In this document: piece by piece, positions 1 to 8,754 of the stretch
Layout of the letters: each line of letters starts with the position of its first letter
Position numbering within the stretch: position 1 is the first letter of the stretch
DNA from: a virus
Virus record (IMG/VR): IMGVR_UViG_3300024054_000008
Span: 118,740-182,739 of that record
DNA length: 64,000 nucleotides
Direction: 5' to 3' (one strand)
The notes under the pieces: model-generated
What the model was told of the DNA's origin: nothing
The model's input: the letters and a program-made list of their open reading frames with translations, nothing else
Database searches by the model: none
Program-made: the position numbers and the translations under genes

Positions 1-280
1 CTTAACATTTTATCTTTCAATATTACCGAATAGAGTTCCGTGTCATTAAATATAAATCTATATATAGATTTGCATTCAATATTCTCAACATGCAATAATC
101 CGCCAAATTTCATATCAAAAAATGATTGTAAAGACCTTTTGACATTTTCAGTACTTGGTTTATTTTTAAATACTACAAGACATCTTGTACCTTTCGGTTC
201 GAGATGCGAAATAAACATATTTCTATTAAGTTTGGACACAACCTAATGTAAATTACAATTATTAAGATTTACGGACAAAA

Positions 281-754
281 ATGAATTTGCCGCCTGGACC
301 ATGGGACAACGAACCTGATAAGTTAGAATTTGAATTTGATGGAGTACCATGTAGAATAACACGTAATGACAGTTTCGGCAATCTTTGCGGATACGCAGCT
401 CTAACAGAATACCATCCATACTTCAAGTGCGGGTACAACAATATACATTATAACGTACACGGTGGACTCACATTTTGTGGCTTCCAACATTCAGAAAATT
501 CATTGTGGTGGATAGGATTCGATTGTGCACATAGCGATGATGTTATTCCAAGTTTTGACAAAATAAATTTTAAAGACGCGACTTATAAGACTATAGATTT
601 TGTAAAATCTGAATTAACGAAATTGGTGAAACAAATAAATGAAGAATTGTGTATTGCGTGTTTGCACAAATATTCAGAACATCAAAACGGAATATGCTCC
701 CATGAATGTGAATGCGCAAAGCTATTAAAAACAAGACAGGTCATAACAGGATGA
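281..754 (+). CDS. Conserved phage hypothetical protein with Cys-rich tail and C-terminal tag (TRQVITG)
   Basis: HGGLTF and WWIGFDCAH motifs recurrent in phage hypotheticals; ends in the shared C-terminal signature. Confidence 0.8.
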   Translation: MNLPPGPWDNEPDKLEFEFDGVPCRITRNDSFGNLCGYAALTEYHPYFKCGYNNIHYNVHGGLTFCGFQHSENSLWWIGFDCAHSDDVIPSFDKINFKDATYKTIDFVKSELTKLVKQINEELCIACLHKYSEHQNGICSHECECAKLLKTRQVITG

Positions 755-990
755 AAAGAATAAATGTTGATGGCGTTTTAGCTAAATTTCACGAGCGAGC
801 CGTTGAGTTTATTTATGAAAATTCTTTGGTTGCTGACATGATTGACGACAAACCATCAAATGTAAGAAATTGATCCGGGTAAAGTTGCGATTTTGTGGTC
901 AACAGTTTACAATGTTAATGAACATGAACTAATCAGATCAAATTCATGGGAAAAGATTTTGGGGTTATTGAGTGGTTCTAAGGGCTGAAT
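751..990 (+). pseudogene. Probable frameshifted small gene
   Basis: ATG at 751 overlaps the upstream stop; frame stops near 871 while another frame (EIDPGKVAILWS...GSKG*) continues to about 990. Confidence 0.35.
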
Positions 991-993
991 GAA

Positions 994-1242
994 ATGAAAT
1001 CAAAACGCGGAAAAAACGAATCGATAATACAAATATGTAATGATTTAGATTTATATACATCATGCATATACCTACCAGATATTCCGAATGCAAAATTAAT
1101 AGACTTTGACTTTTTAGGACATGCGTACAAGCTAACAGTTGAAATAAGCGAAAACAAATTTCAAGATTTCATCCTAGAACCACATAAATGTTTGGGAACT
1201 TTATGTGAAAAAGTTAAAAATTATTTAAGAATCAACAACTAA
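994..1242 (+). CDS. Hypothetical protein
   Basis: ORF in + strand run. Confidence 0.55.
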   Translation: MKSKRGKNESIIQICNDLDLYTSCIYLPDIPNAKLIDFDFLGHAYKLTVEISENKFQDFILEPHKCLGTLCEKVKNYLRINN

Positions 1243-1456
1243 CTTTGCCTTACATTCATCTTCTTCACACTCTTCAAGTGGTTGATCCTTTATGATTTTC
1301 ATTTTTACACAATCTAAATGCTAAATCATTTAATTCTTCAAGTATTTTTTTTGTCTTCTTCGACCATAATTGAATGTTTAAGTTGATTTACGATTTTCTT
1401 ATCCCAATCATTATTCCGATCAATAGTCATAGCCGTCTAATTGCCATTTTATTAAA

Positions 1457-2404
1457 ATGGCGTATAGTTACAATACCAATAATACACCAGCTACTGGATC
1501 AGTATCTATATATACATTTAAAGAATTGCTAAAAACAGCTGGGTGGACTGTCATGAGTTCAAGTGATGGAACCACTTATAATTCATCTGGTGATCAAATA
1601 ACATCAGGGTCATCAGGTGCTAACGGCATGGCTAACAACTCTGCTTGGTTTCGAATACGCATGCCATCAACAGACGGGGTTACACGTGAATACACTTTTC
1701 AGAGGGGGACAACAAATGTGGCTTGGCGCATAAAATATAGTTATTCAGCTGGATTCACGGGCGGATCACCAGGAGCAACACAAACTCCATCAGCAACAGA
1801 TGAACAGACATTATTTGGTGGCGGAACAGACGCGGCACCAAGCTTTTCAACATTGTTTGGAACTGATGCTGGGTATAGGTTTAACGTAATAGCCGGCGGA
1901 TCAGCAGAAGGGTATGTGTTCTTCGCTTTTGGATTCCCGAATGGCGGCGGTACTCCAACTAATTATATGTTTATTGAACGAATGTCAACAGGCTCATTTC
2001 CGACATCAAACGTAGAACCGTATGTTATGAAATTTGCTAATAGTTCGCCAACTGTTTCAGAGATAACGTCAACTACAATTGGTCCAAAAGGCTGGCTGGC
2101 AAAAGGGCTGGCTGGTGAGGGGTTCGTGTTTATACCAGCTGACAGTATGACGGATAACACTTCAACAATGCAAAAAGCATTAGGAGCAAATTCGTATACA
2201 GGAATTGATGATTTGCTTCCAATCTTATATGCACGACGTTCTGCATTAGGGGCTCCGTCGGGTTATATGGGTATAGGATCAATGTTAAGATATCCAAGCA
2301 CAACTAGAACGACTGGTGATACATATACAATTAGTTCAACTAGAGATCGTATTGTAGTTGGAGACGTGGTCGTTCCTTGGGACGGTTCAACACCAACAAT
2401 ATAA
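1457..2404 (+). CDS. Putative virion structural / tail fibre-like protein (paralog A)
   Basis: G/S/T/A-rich beta-type composition; paralog of 2693..3664. Confidence 0.65.
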   Translation: MAYSYNTNNTPATGSVSIYTFKELLKTAGWTVMSSSDGTTYNSSGDQITSGSSGANGMANNSAWFRIRMPSTDGVTREYTFQRGTTNVAWRIKYSYSAGFTGGSPGATQTPSATDEQTLFGGGTDAAPSFSTLFGTDAGYRFNVIAGGSAEGYVFFAFGFPNGGGTPTNYMFIERMSTGSFPTSNVEPYVMKFANSSPTVSEITSTTIGPKGWLAKGLAGEGFVFIPADSMTDNTSTMQKALGANSYTGIDDLLPILYARRSALGAPSGYMGIGSMLRYPSTTRTTGDTYTISSTRDRIVVGDVVVPWDGSTPTI

Positions 2405-2841
2405 CATGGCAACCGCTGTTTCAGGCTCAAATTATTCATCACCAACGTCTTTGTTGGCAACAATAGGACCAGTTCCTGGTGATGATTTGAAGTTTGGTGG
2501 AAGAGTTGCTGTTAAATATTTTCGTATGAGAGCCGTTGACGCGAACGCAGCAACATCACCGCCGACATACAGAACGTGGACAGTAAAAAACGACCCAGAC
2601 TACACAGGTGCACAATATACAGGACAATATAGTGGAGCATCACCAAACTTAACGTCAATAGTAATACAAGATACAATAGAAGTTGAAGAGTAATGGCCTA
2701 TATTTTTGATCATAATTTATCACCATCGACAGGTTCTATTGTAGTTTACCGTTTAAAGCAATTGCTAAAAACAGCTGGGTGGACCGTCATGAGTTCAAGT
2801 GATGGAACCACTTATAATTCATCTGGTGATCAAATAACATC
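1525..2841 (+). repeat. 81-nt near-identical block duplicated at 1525-1605 and 2761-2841
   Basis: attgctaaaaacagctgggtggac(t/c)gtcatgag...caaataacatc, one mismatch. Confidence 0.9.
2406..2693 (+). CDS. Small putative virion protein
   Basis: MATAVSG start at 2406; translationally coupled (TAATG) to next gene; T/S/G-rich. Confidence 0.6.
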   Translation: MATAVSGSNYSSPTSLLATIGPVPGDDLKFGGRVAVKYFRMRAVDANAATSPPTYRTWTVKNDPDYTGAQYTGQYSGASPNLTSIVIQDTIEVEE

Positions 2842-3664
2842 GGGAAGTTCTGGGTCCGGAGGTTATGGTAACAACTCTGCTTGGTTTCGAATACGCATGC
2901 CGTTAATGGACGGGGTTACACGCGAATTCATTTTTCAACGTGGCTTGGGAACTGACACTAGCCTAAGAATGAAATATAGTTATTCAGCTGGGTTCACAGG
3001 CGGATCACCAAGCGCCACACAAACCCCAAGCGCCACAGACGAACAATACGTTACTGGTGGCGGAACAGACGCGGCACCAAGCTTCGCTGCATTATTTGCA
3101 GCAAATGGAACATATAAAGCTAACATTATAGCAGGCGGAGAAAACGAAGGGTACGTGTTTGTAGTACTGACTCCAGCCAACTCAAACACAACTGTATCAT
3201 CTACTACTTGGTATTTAGAACGAATGCAGGCAAACACTTATCCGCAATCAGACCCAGACCCATATGTAATGGGCGGCAACGCAACAAATCCAACTTCATC
3301 AAACATATCATCTGCAACATCTATAATAAAAGGTTGGCTTGGGAAAGGAACATCTATACAAGGTTTTGTTAGTATAGCACCAGGATTTCCATCTGACACA
3401 ACAACAACGTTTGTAAACAATTTAGGGTTAAATGCAAACACAAGACAAGAAGACCTGCTTCCTATGATTTATGCCAGGAGATCAGCTTTAGGGTCTCCTG
3501 CCGGGTATAAAGGAATTGGGTCTATGTTGAGATGGAATAGTTATTTTCACGGATCATCAGGATCAATGTCAATAACTAAAGTCATATCAATAAACTCAAC
3601 GAATGATTACATCATTGTGGGTGATTTAGTTGCACCGTGGAATGGGTCTACGCCAATAACTTAA
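2693..3664 (+). CDS. Putative virion structural / tail fibre-like protein (paralog B)
   Basis: Shares LKTAGWTVMSSSDGTTYNSSGDQITSGSSG and other blocks with 1457..2404. Confidence 0.65.
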   Translation: MAYIFDHNLSPSTGSIVVYRLKQLLKTAGWTVMSSSDGTTYNSSGDQITSGSSGSGGYGNNSAWFRIRMPLMDGVTREFIFQRGLGTDTSLRMKYSYSAGFTGGSPSATQTPSATDEQYVTGGGTDAAPSFAALFAANGTYKANIIAGGENEGYVFVVLTPANSNTTVSSTTWYLERMQANTYPQSDPDPYVMGGNATNPTSSNISSATSIIKGWLGKGTSIQGFVSIAPGFPSDTTTTFVNNLGLNANTRQEDLLPMIYARRSALGSPAGYKGIGSMLRWNSYFHGSSGSMSITKVISINSTNDYIIVGDLVAPWNGSTPIT

Positions 3665-3870
3665 CCTTCTACAACTTCTTTAACTGCTTCATCAACACAA
3701 ATTTCTTTTATGTTCGAGCTATTTAAAGATTCAGATGGCTTATCTGTCATAAAGTCTACGAATCCGTTATAAATTTTATTGTCACCATATTCTTCAATTT
3801 GGTAATTTTTACAGTCAAATTCTTTCTTAGATGGTACATAAATTGGTGTTTTTAATTTTGATCCATCCAT
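3661..3870 (-). CDS. Hypothetical protein, near-match C-terminal tag (VKEVVEG)
   Basis: ORF with shared C-terminal signature. Confidence 0.65.
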   Translation of the reverse strand: MDGSKLKTPIYVPSKKEFDCKNYQIEEYGDNKIYNGFVDFMTDKPSESLNSSNIKEICVDEAVKEVVEG

Positions 3871-3882
3871 AATAACTATACC

Positions 3883-4071
3883 TCAAGATTCGACCACATC
3901 TTTTGCGTGGTCTTCACGTTCGAGCTGAATTTGAACAGCATTACTCATTAGATACTTATTTAAAGTTATTGGGTCAATCCAAAACCAATCATCTTTTTTC
4001 CATCCACGAGATTCAAGAAAACTAATATCGTTGCATTTAGCTTTCCAAGCTTCGTACATTGCATCACTCAT
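3883..4071 (-). CDS. Hypothetical protein, C-terminal tag (AKDVVES)
   Basis: ORF with shared C-terminal signature. Confidence 0.7.
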   Translation of the reverse strand: MSDAMYEAWKAKCNDISFLESRGWKKDDWFWIDPITLNKYLMSNAVQIQLEREDHAKDVVES

Positions 4072-4086
4072 GTTGTATTTTACAAC

Positions 4087-4446
4087 ATGACGTTTGATCT
4101 TCAGAGTTTACAACTTAGAACATCATGGGCAAAGTCCACATCAGAAAGACTTGTACGTGGGGTACAAGAATTTAAAACTGACGCACGCATGAGCGAAAGA
4201 TTGAAACAAAGGAAATGTCTAGCATGTTTTTATTTAAGAGGGCCTTCCGTAGCCGGCCAAGCTTTTACTGAATGGACATGTTTAGGTTGTAGCAAAACTG
4301 ATATGCACTCCTGCACAGCCGTGCCAATGCTGTGCAATGAGTGTTCAGATAAATTCGGGGCCTGTGATAAATGTGGCTCAGATTTAGATTTAAAGATTAG
4401 GAAAGAATTGATTAGAAAACGTAAAGTTGATAATGTTAAACGTTAA
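4087..4446 (+). CDS. Cys-rich putative zinc-binding protein
   Basis: Four CxxC pairs (CLAC, CLGC, CNEC, CDKC). Confidence 0.7.
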   Translation: MTFDLQSLQLRTSWAKSTSERLVRGVQEFKTDARMSERLKQRKCLACFYLRGPSVAGQAFTEWTCLGCSKTDMHSCTAVPMLCNECSDKFGACDKCGSDLDLKIRKELIRKRKVDNVKR

Positions 4447-4660
4447 AATAATTGGATACTCAGAAACAAAAGATGTCGAAAAAGTCTATAGTCCTTATTC
4501 AGAAAAAATCATAGAACTAAATCCGCAAAATGATACTTACAGAGCAACATTATGTTTAGAACTACCAAATGGTAAAAAATTGAAAGTCAAAATAACAAAA
4601 GAAGAACTAAACGAAGTAATTTCATTGTTCAACCAAGAACAACTTCATGAGTCGCAATAA
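4427..4660 (+). CDS. Hypothetical protein
   Basis: ORF overlapping the upstream stop. Confidence 0.5.
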   Translation: MIMLNVKIIGYSETKDVEKVYSPYSEKIIELNPQNDTYRATLCLELPNGKKLKVKITKEELNEVISLFNQEQLHESQ

Positions 4661-5045
4661 AATCAAAAGAATCTTCCATGAATTTAGAATAAAAAATTTC
4701 ATCAAAAATAACTCTTCTATTTGTTATTTCAGCGATTTCAGATGCTAAAATGTCTGAATAGGCGTTTTGACTAACTTTGCCATTATAATTTATAAACAAA
4801 ACTTTGCGATCTTTGATTTCAGCAACAGACAATTTCTTGATCTCATAAAATTCTATTTCATGTACATCAGATTTAACAACAATTATTTCAAATTTATTTG
4901 TCAAAACCAAAACTAAACAAATCGAGAGATCTGAATAAACAGGTAGATCTCTGCGTAACATTATTTTAGGAATTATCATGGAACGTTTAAATCCATCTGT
5001 ACTAATTTCTTCATATGCGAAAAAACCAATTTTTTTGTCATTCAT
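4629..5045 (-). CDS. Hypothetical protein, C-terminal tag (THEVVLG)
   Basis: ATGA-coupled to 5042 gene; signature. Confidence 0.7.
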   Translation of the reverse strand: MNDKKIGFFAYEEISTDGFKRSMIIPKIMLRRDLPVYSDLSICLVLVLTNKFEIIVVKSDVHEIEFYEIKKLSVAEIKDRKVLFINYNGKVSQNAYSDILASEIAEITNRRVIFDEIFYSKFMEDSFDFIATHEVVLG

Positions 5046-5371
5046 GATTCTAAAACCGATATTGTTTTTAGATAGTCTTCTGAGATGTCTTCTATCGGGA
5101 TGAACATTGTGTCTACGGCAAGGTTAGTCATACGACCGACGCTTTCATGTTTTTTAATTGGTCTACTAGAAACTGCAGCATAATGCGGCATCAAATTATA
5201 AATGCAATCTGAACAAATAACTTTTATGTTACCATCAACTGAATGGAAAAAATCCAACAAAGACTTTGAATACATTACATGAGAAGGCTTAGAATTATTA
5301 GTATGCCAAGCACTTCGTATACAGCCGAACGACACATCCCCATATTTGATACAAAACTCTTCGAGAGTCAT
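5042..5371 (-). CDS. Hypothetical protein, EFxxK(Y/F)G family, C-terminal tag (TISVLES)
   Basis: MTLEEFCIKYG start and FIPIEDISEDYLKT end resemble 22655..22990. Confidence 0.75.
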   Translation of the reverse strand: MTLEEFCIKYGDVSFGCIRSAWHTNNSKPSHVMYSKSLLDFFHSVDGNIKVICSDCIYNLMPHYAAVSSRPIKKHESVGRMTNLAVDTMFIPIEDISEDYLKTISVLES

Positions 5372-5406
5372 AAGAAAATATACAAACAAGAAATGTAATT
5401 TACGAT

Positions 5407-5766
5407 ATGGGCGTACCGAGAAGTGGTAGAAAAATAACTGTTGATAGTGTTCAATTCAAATGGAAATTAGCGTGTAAATGGGAACGTTCTGTTTGGAACG
5501 GTGACAATGAAGATAGACTTGGTGGCGTGCTTTTGATTTGGGTTGACAATGATAACATGAGAAACATTTGTAAATTAAAAATTAGTTGGAAACGTGATTT
5601 TTCAGTAACACCAGAAGTAGTGTCAATAATTATAAAACAAGCTGTAAAATCTGGATGGGATATAAAAAGACCGAAGAATCAATTTAATTTTAAAGAAATC
5701 AAAGTTGAAGATATGGAAACAAAAATGAAAGACTTGATGAAAACAAAAGAACTTTTAGAATTGTGA
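5407..5766 (+). CDS. Hypothetical protein, C-terminal tag (TKELLEL)
   Basis: ORF with signature. Confidence 0.7.
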   Translation: MGVPRSGRKITVDSVQFKWKLACKWERSVWNGDNEDRLGGVLLIWVDNDNMRNICKLKISWKRDFSVTPEVVSIIIKQAVKSGWDIKRPKNQFNFKEIKVEDMETKMKDLMKTKELLEL

Positions 5767-5985
5767 ATTCTTTTCTATTTCGATAAGTATTTTCAACAAT
5801 TCACGTCCATGTTGTTGAGAATTACGTAGTAATTCATTCAATTGTGAGATCGTATTTGGTTGTGAGATCGTATTTGGGTATGCCTCAGATCTTATTCGCT
5901 TACTAAAATTTTCAATTTCAAGTTTTGCGTGATCAAGAGCGTCTAAAATTCTCTGTTGATTTTCTATTGTTCTATATGAAGTCAT
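5755..5985 (-). CDS. Small coiled-coil hypothetical protein
   Basis: Coupled to 5982 gene; internal 18-nt duplication (PNTISQ x2). Confidence 0.6.
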   Translation of the reverse strand: MTSYRTIENQQRILDALDHAKLEIENFSKRIRSEAYPNTISQPNTISQLNELLRNSQQHGRELLKILIEIEKNSQF

Positions 5986-6437
5986 TCGCTTACTATTTCG
6001 TGAGTTTTAATGACATCAAATACATCTTTTAAAAATTGCTTAATGACATTTAATACATCATGATCAAATTCAAATTTAATAGAACTCTTTGTTATTTCAA
6101 GAATACATTGAGCTAACATGTGTTCCGGAGAGTATTTATCAGACAGCCTCATATATGTTGGTTTACTATTAAACGAAATAAAATCGTCTAATACTTTAGC
6201 TACAGGAATTACAGAATCAAAATTAACATCAGCAAAGACAGCCTCTATTATAAAATCATCTTGTTTATTTAATCTCAAAAACACACCATTTATATTATCA
6301 CTTTGTAATAATATAAATGGTTTTGACATACTCATTCCGGTAACACCAGAAAAAACTGATCTACTTGGACCGCTTGGACCGATTGGACCCCTTGGACCCA
6401 AGGGGCTCATTGCACCAAATATTGGGTTATTTTTCAT
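5982..6437 (-). CDS. Hypothetical protein with short Gly-Pro-X run, C-terminal tag (THEIVSE)
   Basis: GPRGPIGPSGPS; signature. Confidence 0.7.
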   Translation of the reverse strand: MKNNPIFGAMSPLGPRGPIGPSGPSRSVFSGVTGMSMSKPFILLQSDNINGVFLRLNKQDDFIIEAVFADVNFDSVIPVAKVLDDFISFNSKPTYMRLSDKYSPEHMLAQCILEITKSSIKFEFDHDVLNVIKQFLKDVFDVIKTHEIVSE

Positions 6438-6458
6438 GATTATTTATTTTACATCCTA

Positions 6459-6854
6459 TTAAGAAAAAATTCTTTGAGTCAAAACGATTGAGGTTGCTTC
6501 TTCTTTATCAATTTCACGCCAAACGAACGGAACGTCAAATCTCGGGCTACGTTTATTACATGAACCACATTTAACAGTAACTGAGGATAAAGTTGAGAAC
6601 GAAACGTAAAAATGCAGTGCCAAATTCTCGCAATGTGAAAAGCCAACCTTTTCACCGTTTTCCCAAAGAGAGCCGCAGATGAAAATTGGATTTCCTGCTT
6701 CATCAAATTGATTTGCATACGGGTTAAGAATTGTTTTATTGGATTTTGAATTCGAATTCGAACGAGTGAATTTCCAAGTTAAAGAAAAAAGAAAAATTAA
6801 TAAAACTGATAAAATTGGCCAAGTCAAAATTATAGTTAACTGAAGGTTTGTCAT
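6459..6854 (-). CDS. Membrane-anchored protein with Cys motif
   Basis: N-terminal hydrophobic helix; CGSC; shifted tag-like end. Confidence 0.65.
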   Translation of the reverse strand: MTNLQLTIILTWPILSVLLIFLFSLTWKFTRSNSNSKSNKTILNPYANQFDEAGNPIFICGSLWENGEKVGFSHCENLALHFYVSFSTLSSVTVKCGSCNKRSPRFDVPFVWREIDKEEATSIVLTQRIFS

Positions 6855-6856
6855 TC

Positions 6857-7141
6857 TTAATCTAAAACGATGTCACGAGTTTTCAAAAAATTTATTGCGT
6901 CAGAAACAAAGTTTTGTATTTTATCTGACCTAGGTTGACCTGGTCTAAACAAAATTTCTAAATCTGGACCGATAACTTCACAAATTATACGAGCGTAAGT
7001 TTCACCTGGAATTGATATGTGAAATTGATAGACTCTAGAATCTATTGTATGAGAATTTAAAGAGCGTAATTCAAGAATTCCAAAACGCTCAGTTCTGGAA
7101 AAACGTTTCTCAAAAATATAATTAAATTTTGGCTTTCTCAC
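6857..7141 (-). CDS. Hypothetical protein, C-terminal tag (TRDIVLD)
   Basis: ORF with signature. Confidence 0.65.
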   Translation of the reverse strand: MRKPKFNYIFEKRFSRTERFGILELRSLNSHTIDSRVYQFHISIPGETYARIICEVIGPDLEILFRPGQPRSDKIQNFVSDAINFLKTRDIVLD

Positions 7142-7164
7142 GAAAAAAGTTACGCCGAAGAAAT

Positions 7165-8124
7165 TTAAATTTTCAAGAGATAACGCTGCGCGGCGCGTTG
7201 TGAAGTTGTTGCTAAAACTGGCGGAACGCCTTGAACGGCCTTTAGACCGTTTGACTTCAGGGCGTCAGCAATGTCCTTATTTGTCATTTTCGGATTGTTT
7301 TTCCTGATTTCCTTTATATCATCAAACGTATATCTAGCTGGTGTTCCAAAATATTCATGATGTTTTAAGAAATCTTCAATTGATTTATGTTTTCTCTTTA
7401 TGAGTGTTTCTTCAAGCTTTAGAGGATCAATTTCCCGTTCTTCTTCAGTTTCCTCAACTTCTTCTAAAACCGGACCGCCTTTGCCTGTGCTACGTTCAGA
7501 AAAAATCTTCGATGAAAGAGCTTTGGCAGCGTTTATAACGTCATGCAAACCCTTCACAACGTCTGATGGTTTATCAAACTTGAAATTAAGAATATTTTCC
7601 CCTTCGTCTATTTCAAACTCAGCATTAAATGGTCCGGCCGTAGCCCCAGTTTGTTTACCGCTAGGCAGCAAAGGAGAAGAAGACTTATGATACCACCTAA
7701 ATGTGATCTCACAAGGAACTGCAATGTCTTTGTGACTTTGGTTACCGCCTTGCTCCAGCCAACTTTGATATTGGCTACTTGATTCTTCTGGTGCTTCTGA
7801 TTCAATTAAGTGATAGCCAGTGACGAGAATATCGCCTGGAACGCCGGATGAGTCAAAATCGCTTGGTCTTATGCCGAAAGAAAAATATGTGCCCTTGAAA
7901 CGACGAACGCCAAGATCGCTCGGAACGTCTGTTTTGGCTTCTAGAAAAACGTCTGAGATTGACTTCAATGCTTCAACGGCTGCTTCGGATAACTTTCTAG
8001 CCAGCCCTCTTTCAGTTGCTAGTCGAAATGACCAGAGTGACGCTAAAACGAAATTTCTGTTTGGATTTTGCGAAGTTTCAAGATATGAGGCGAGTTGAAT
8101 CAGAGATGATGTGAGTGATTTCAT
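7165..8124 (-). CDS. Hypothetical protein (acidic, helical N-terminus; possible internal virion protein)
   Basis: 319-aa ORF; N-terminus LIQLASYLE. Confidence 0.7.
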   Translation of the reverse strand: MKSLTSSLIQLASYLETSQNPNRNFVLASLWSFRLATERGLARKLSEAAVEALKSISDVFLEAKTDVPSDLGVRRFKGTYFSFGIRPSDFDSSGVPGDILVTGYHLIESEAPEESSSQYQSWLEQGGNQSHKDIAVPCEITFRWYHKSSSPLLPSGKQTGATAGPFNAEFEIDEGENILNFKFDKPSDVVKGLHDVINAAKALSSKIFSERSTGKGGPVLEEVEETEEEREIDPLKLEETLIKRKHKSIEDFLKHHEYFGTPARYTFDDIKEIRKNNPKMTNKDIADALKSNGLKAVQGVPPVLATTSQRAAQRYLLKI

Positions 8125-8142
8125 TTTTAAAATGAAATGATA

Positions 8143-8754
8143 TTAACGGCGGAAAAGAAAATGAACGCTGCGATTTGAAATTTGGATTGAAAGCGGTGTG
8201 AAATGTTGAAAAGACGAAACGAGACATGAAACGGTGTGATGACGAAAAATTGAAATGTCTGCGTTCAAAAAATTTGACTGGAGGTGAAAAACGAAATTTG
8301 AAACGTGACCGGACGCCTCGAAAAAACGTTTATTTTCGAATGTGTAAGAAGAAAATTTCCAACGCGGCTTGATGAACGTGTTGAAAACGAGCTTTCCGCC
8401 GGGTTTTATGACGGATGCTAAAACTGGTGAAAGTTTAACTGGGTTGAGATAACCGATGGACTGACGGATGACGCAAAGGTCGAACTGTGAGAGGTTTTCA
8501 AATGTTGACGGGTTATGAACGTCGCCTTTGACTTGAAAAACGCGCGTGTCTGTGCAACGAGGCGAAAGATCGACGAGAGTGGGGCGGGACGCGTTTCTGC
8601 GGAGCGCTTCTAGTGAGACGGCGCCCGTGCCACCGCAAAGATCGAGAAGAGATTGTGACGGATCGAACGAAGCGAAGTCAAGAAGGGCGCCCGGGTTGGA
8701 AAGCCAACGGGAGTAAAGAGAGCTGTATTTTGGGGTTGTTGCGTTAAATGCCAA
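8143..8754 (-). CDS. Class I SAM-dependent methyltransferase
   Basis: Motif I LLDLCGGTG; LVDLS; KGDVH; VIKPGGKLVF. Confidence 0.85.
   Translation of the reverse strand: MAFNATTPKYSSLYSRWLSNPGALLDFASFDPSQSLLDLCGGTGAVSLEALRRNASRPTLVDLSPRCTDTRVFQVKGDVHNPSTFENLSQFDLCVIRQSIGYLNPVKLSPVLASVIKPGGKLVFNTFIKPRWKFSSYTFENKRFFEASGHVSNFVFHLQSNFLNADISIFRHHTVSCLVSSFQHFTPLSIQISNRSVHFLFRR

Noticed and set aside
1457-3664. Diversity-generating retroelement template/variable repeat pair
   Set aside because: Differences between the paralogs are not restricted to adenines, and there is no reverse transcriptase in the window.
5982-6437. Collagen-like fibre protein
   Set aside because: Only four Gly-X-Y triplets, too short for a triple helix.
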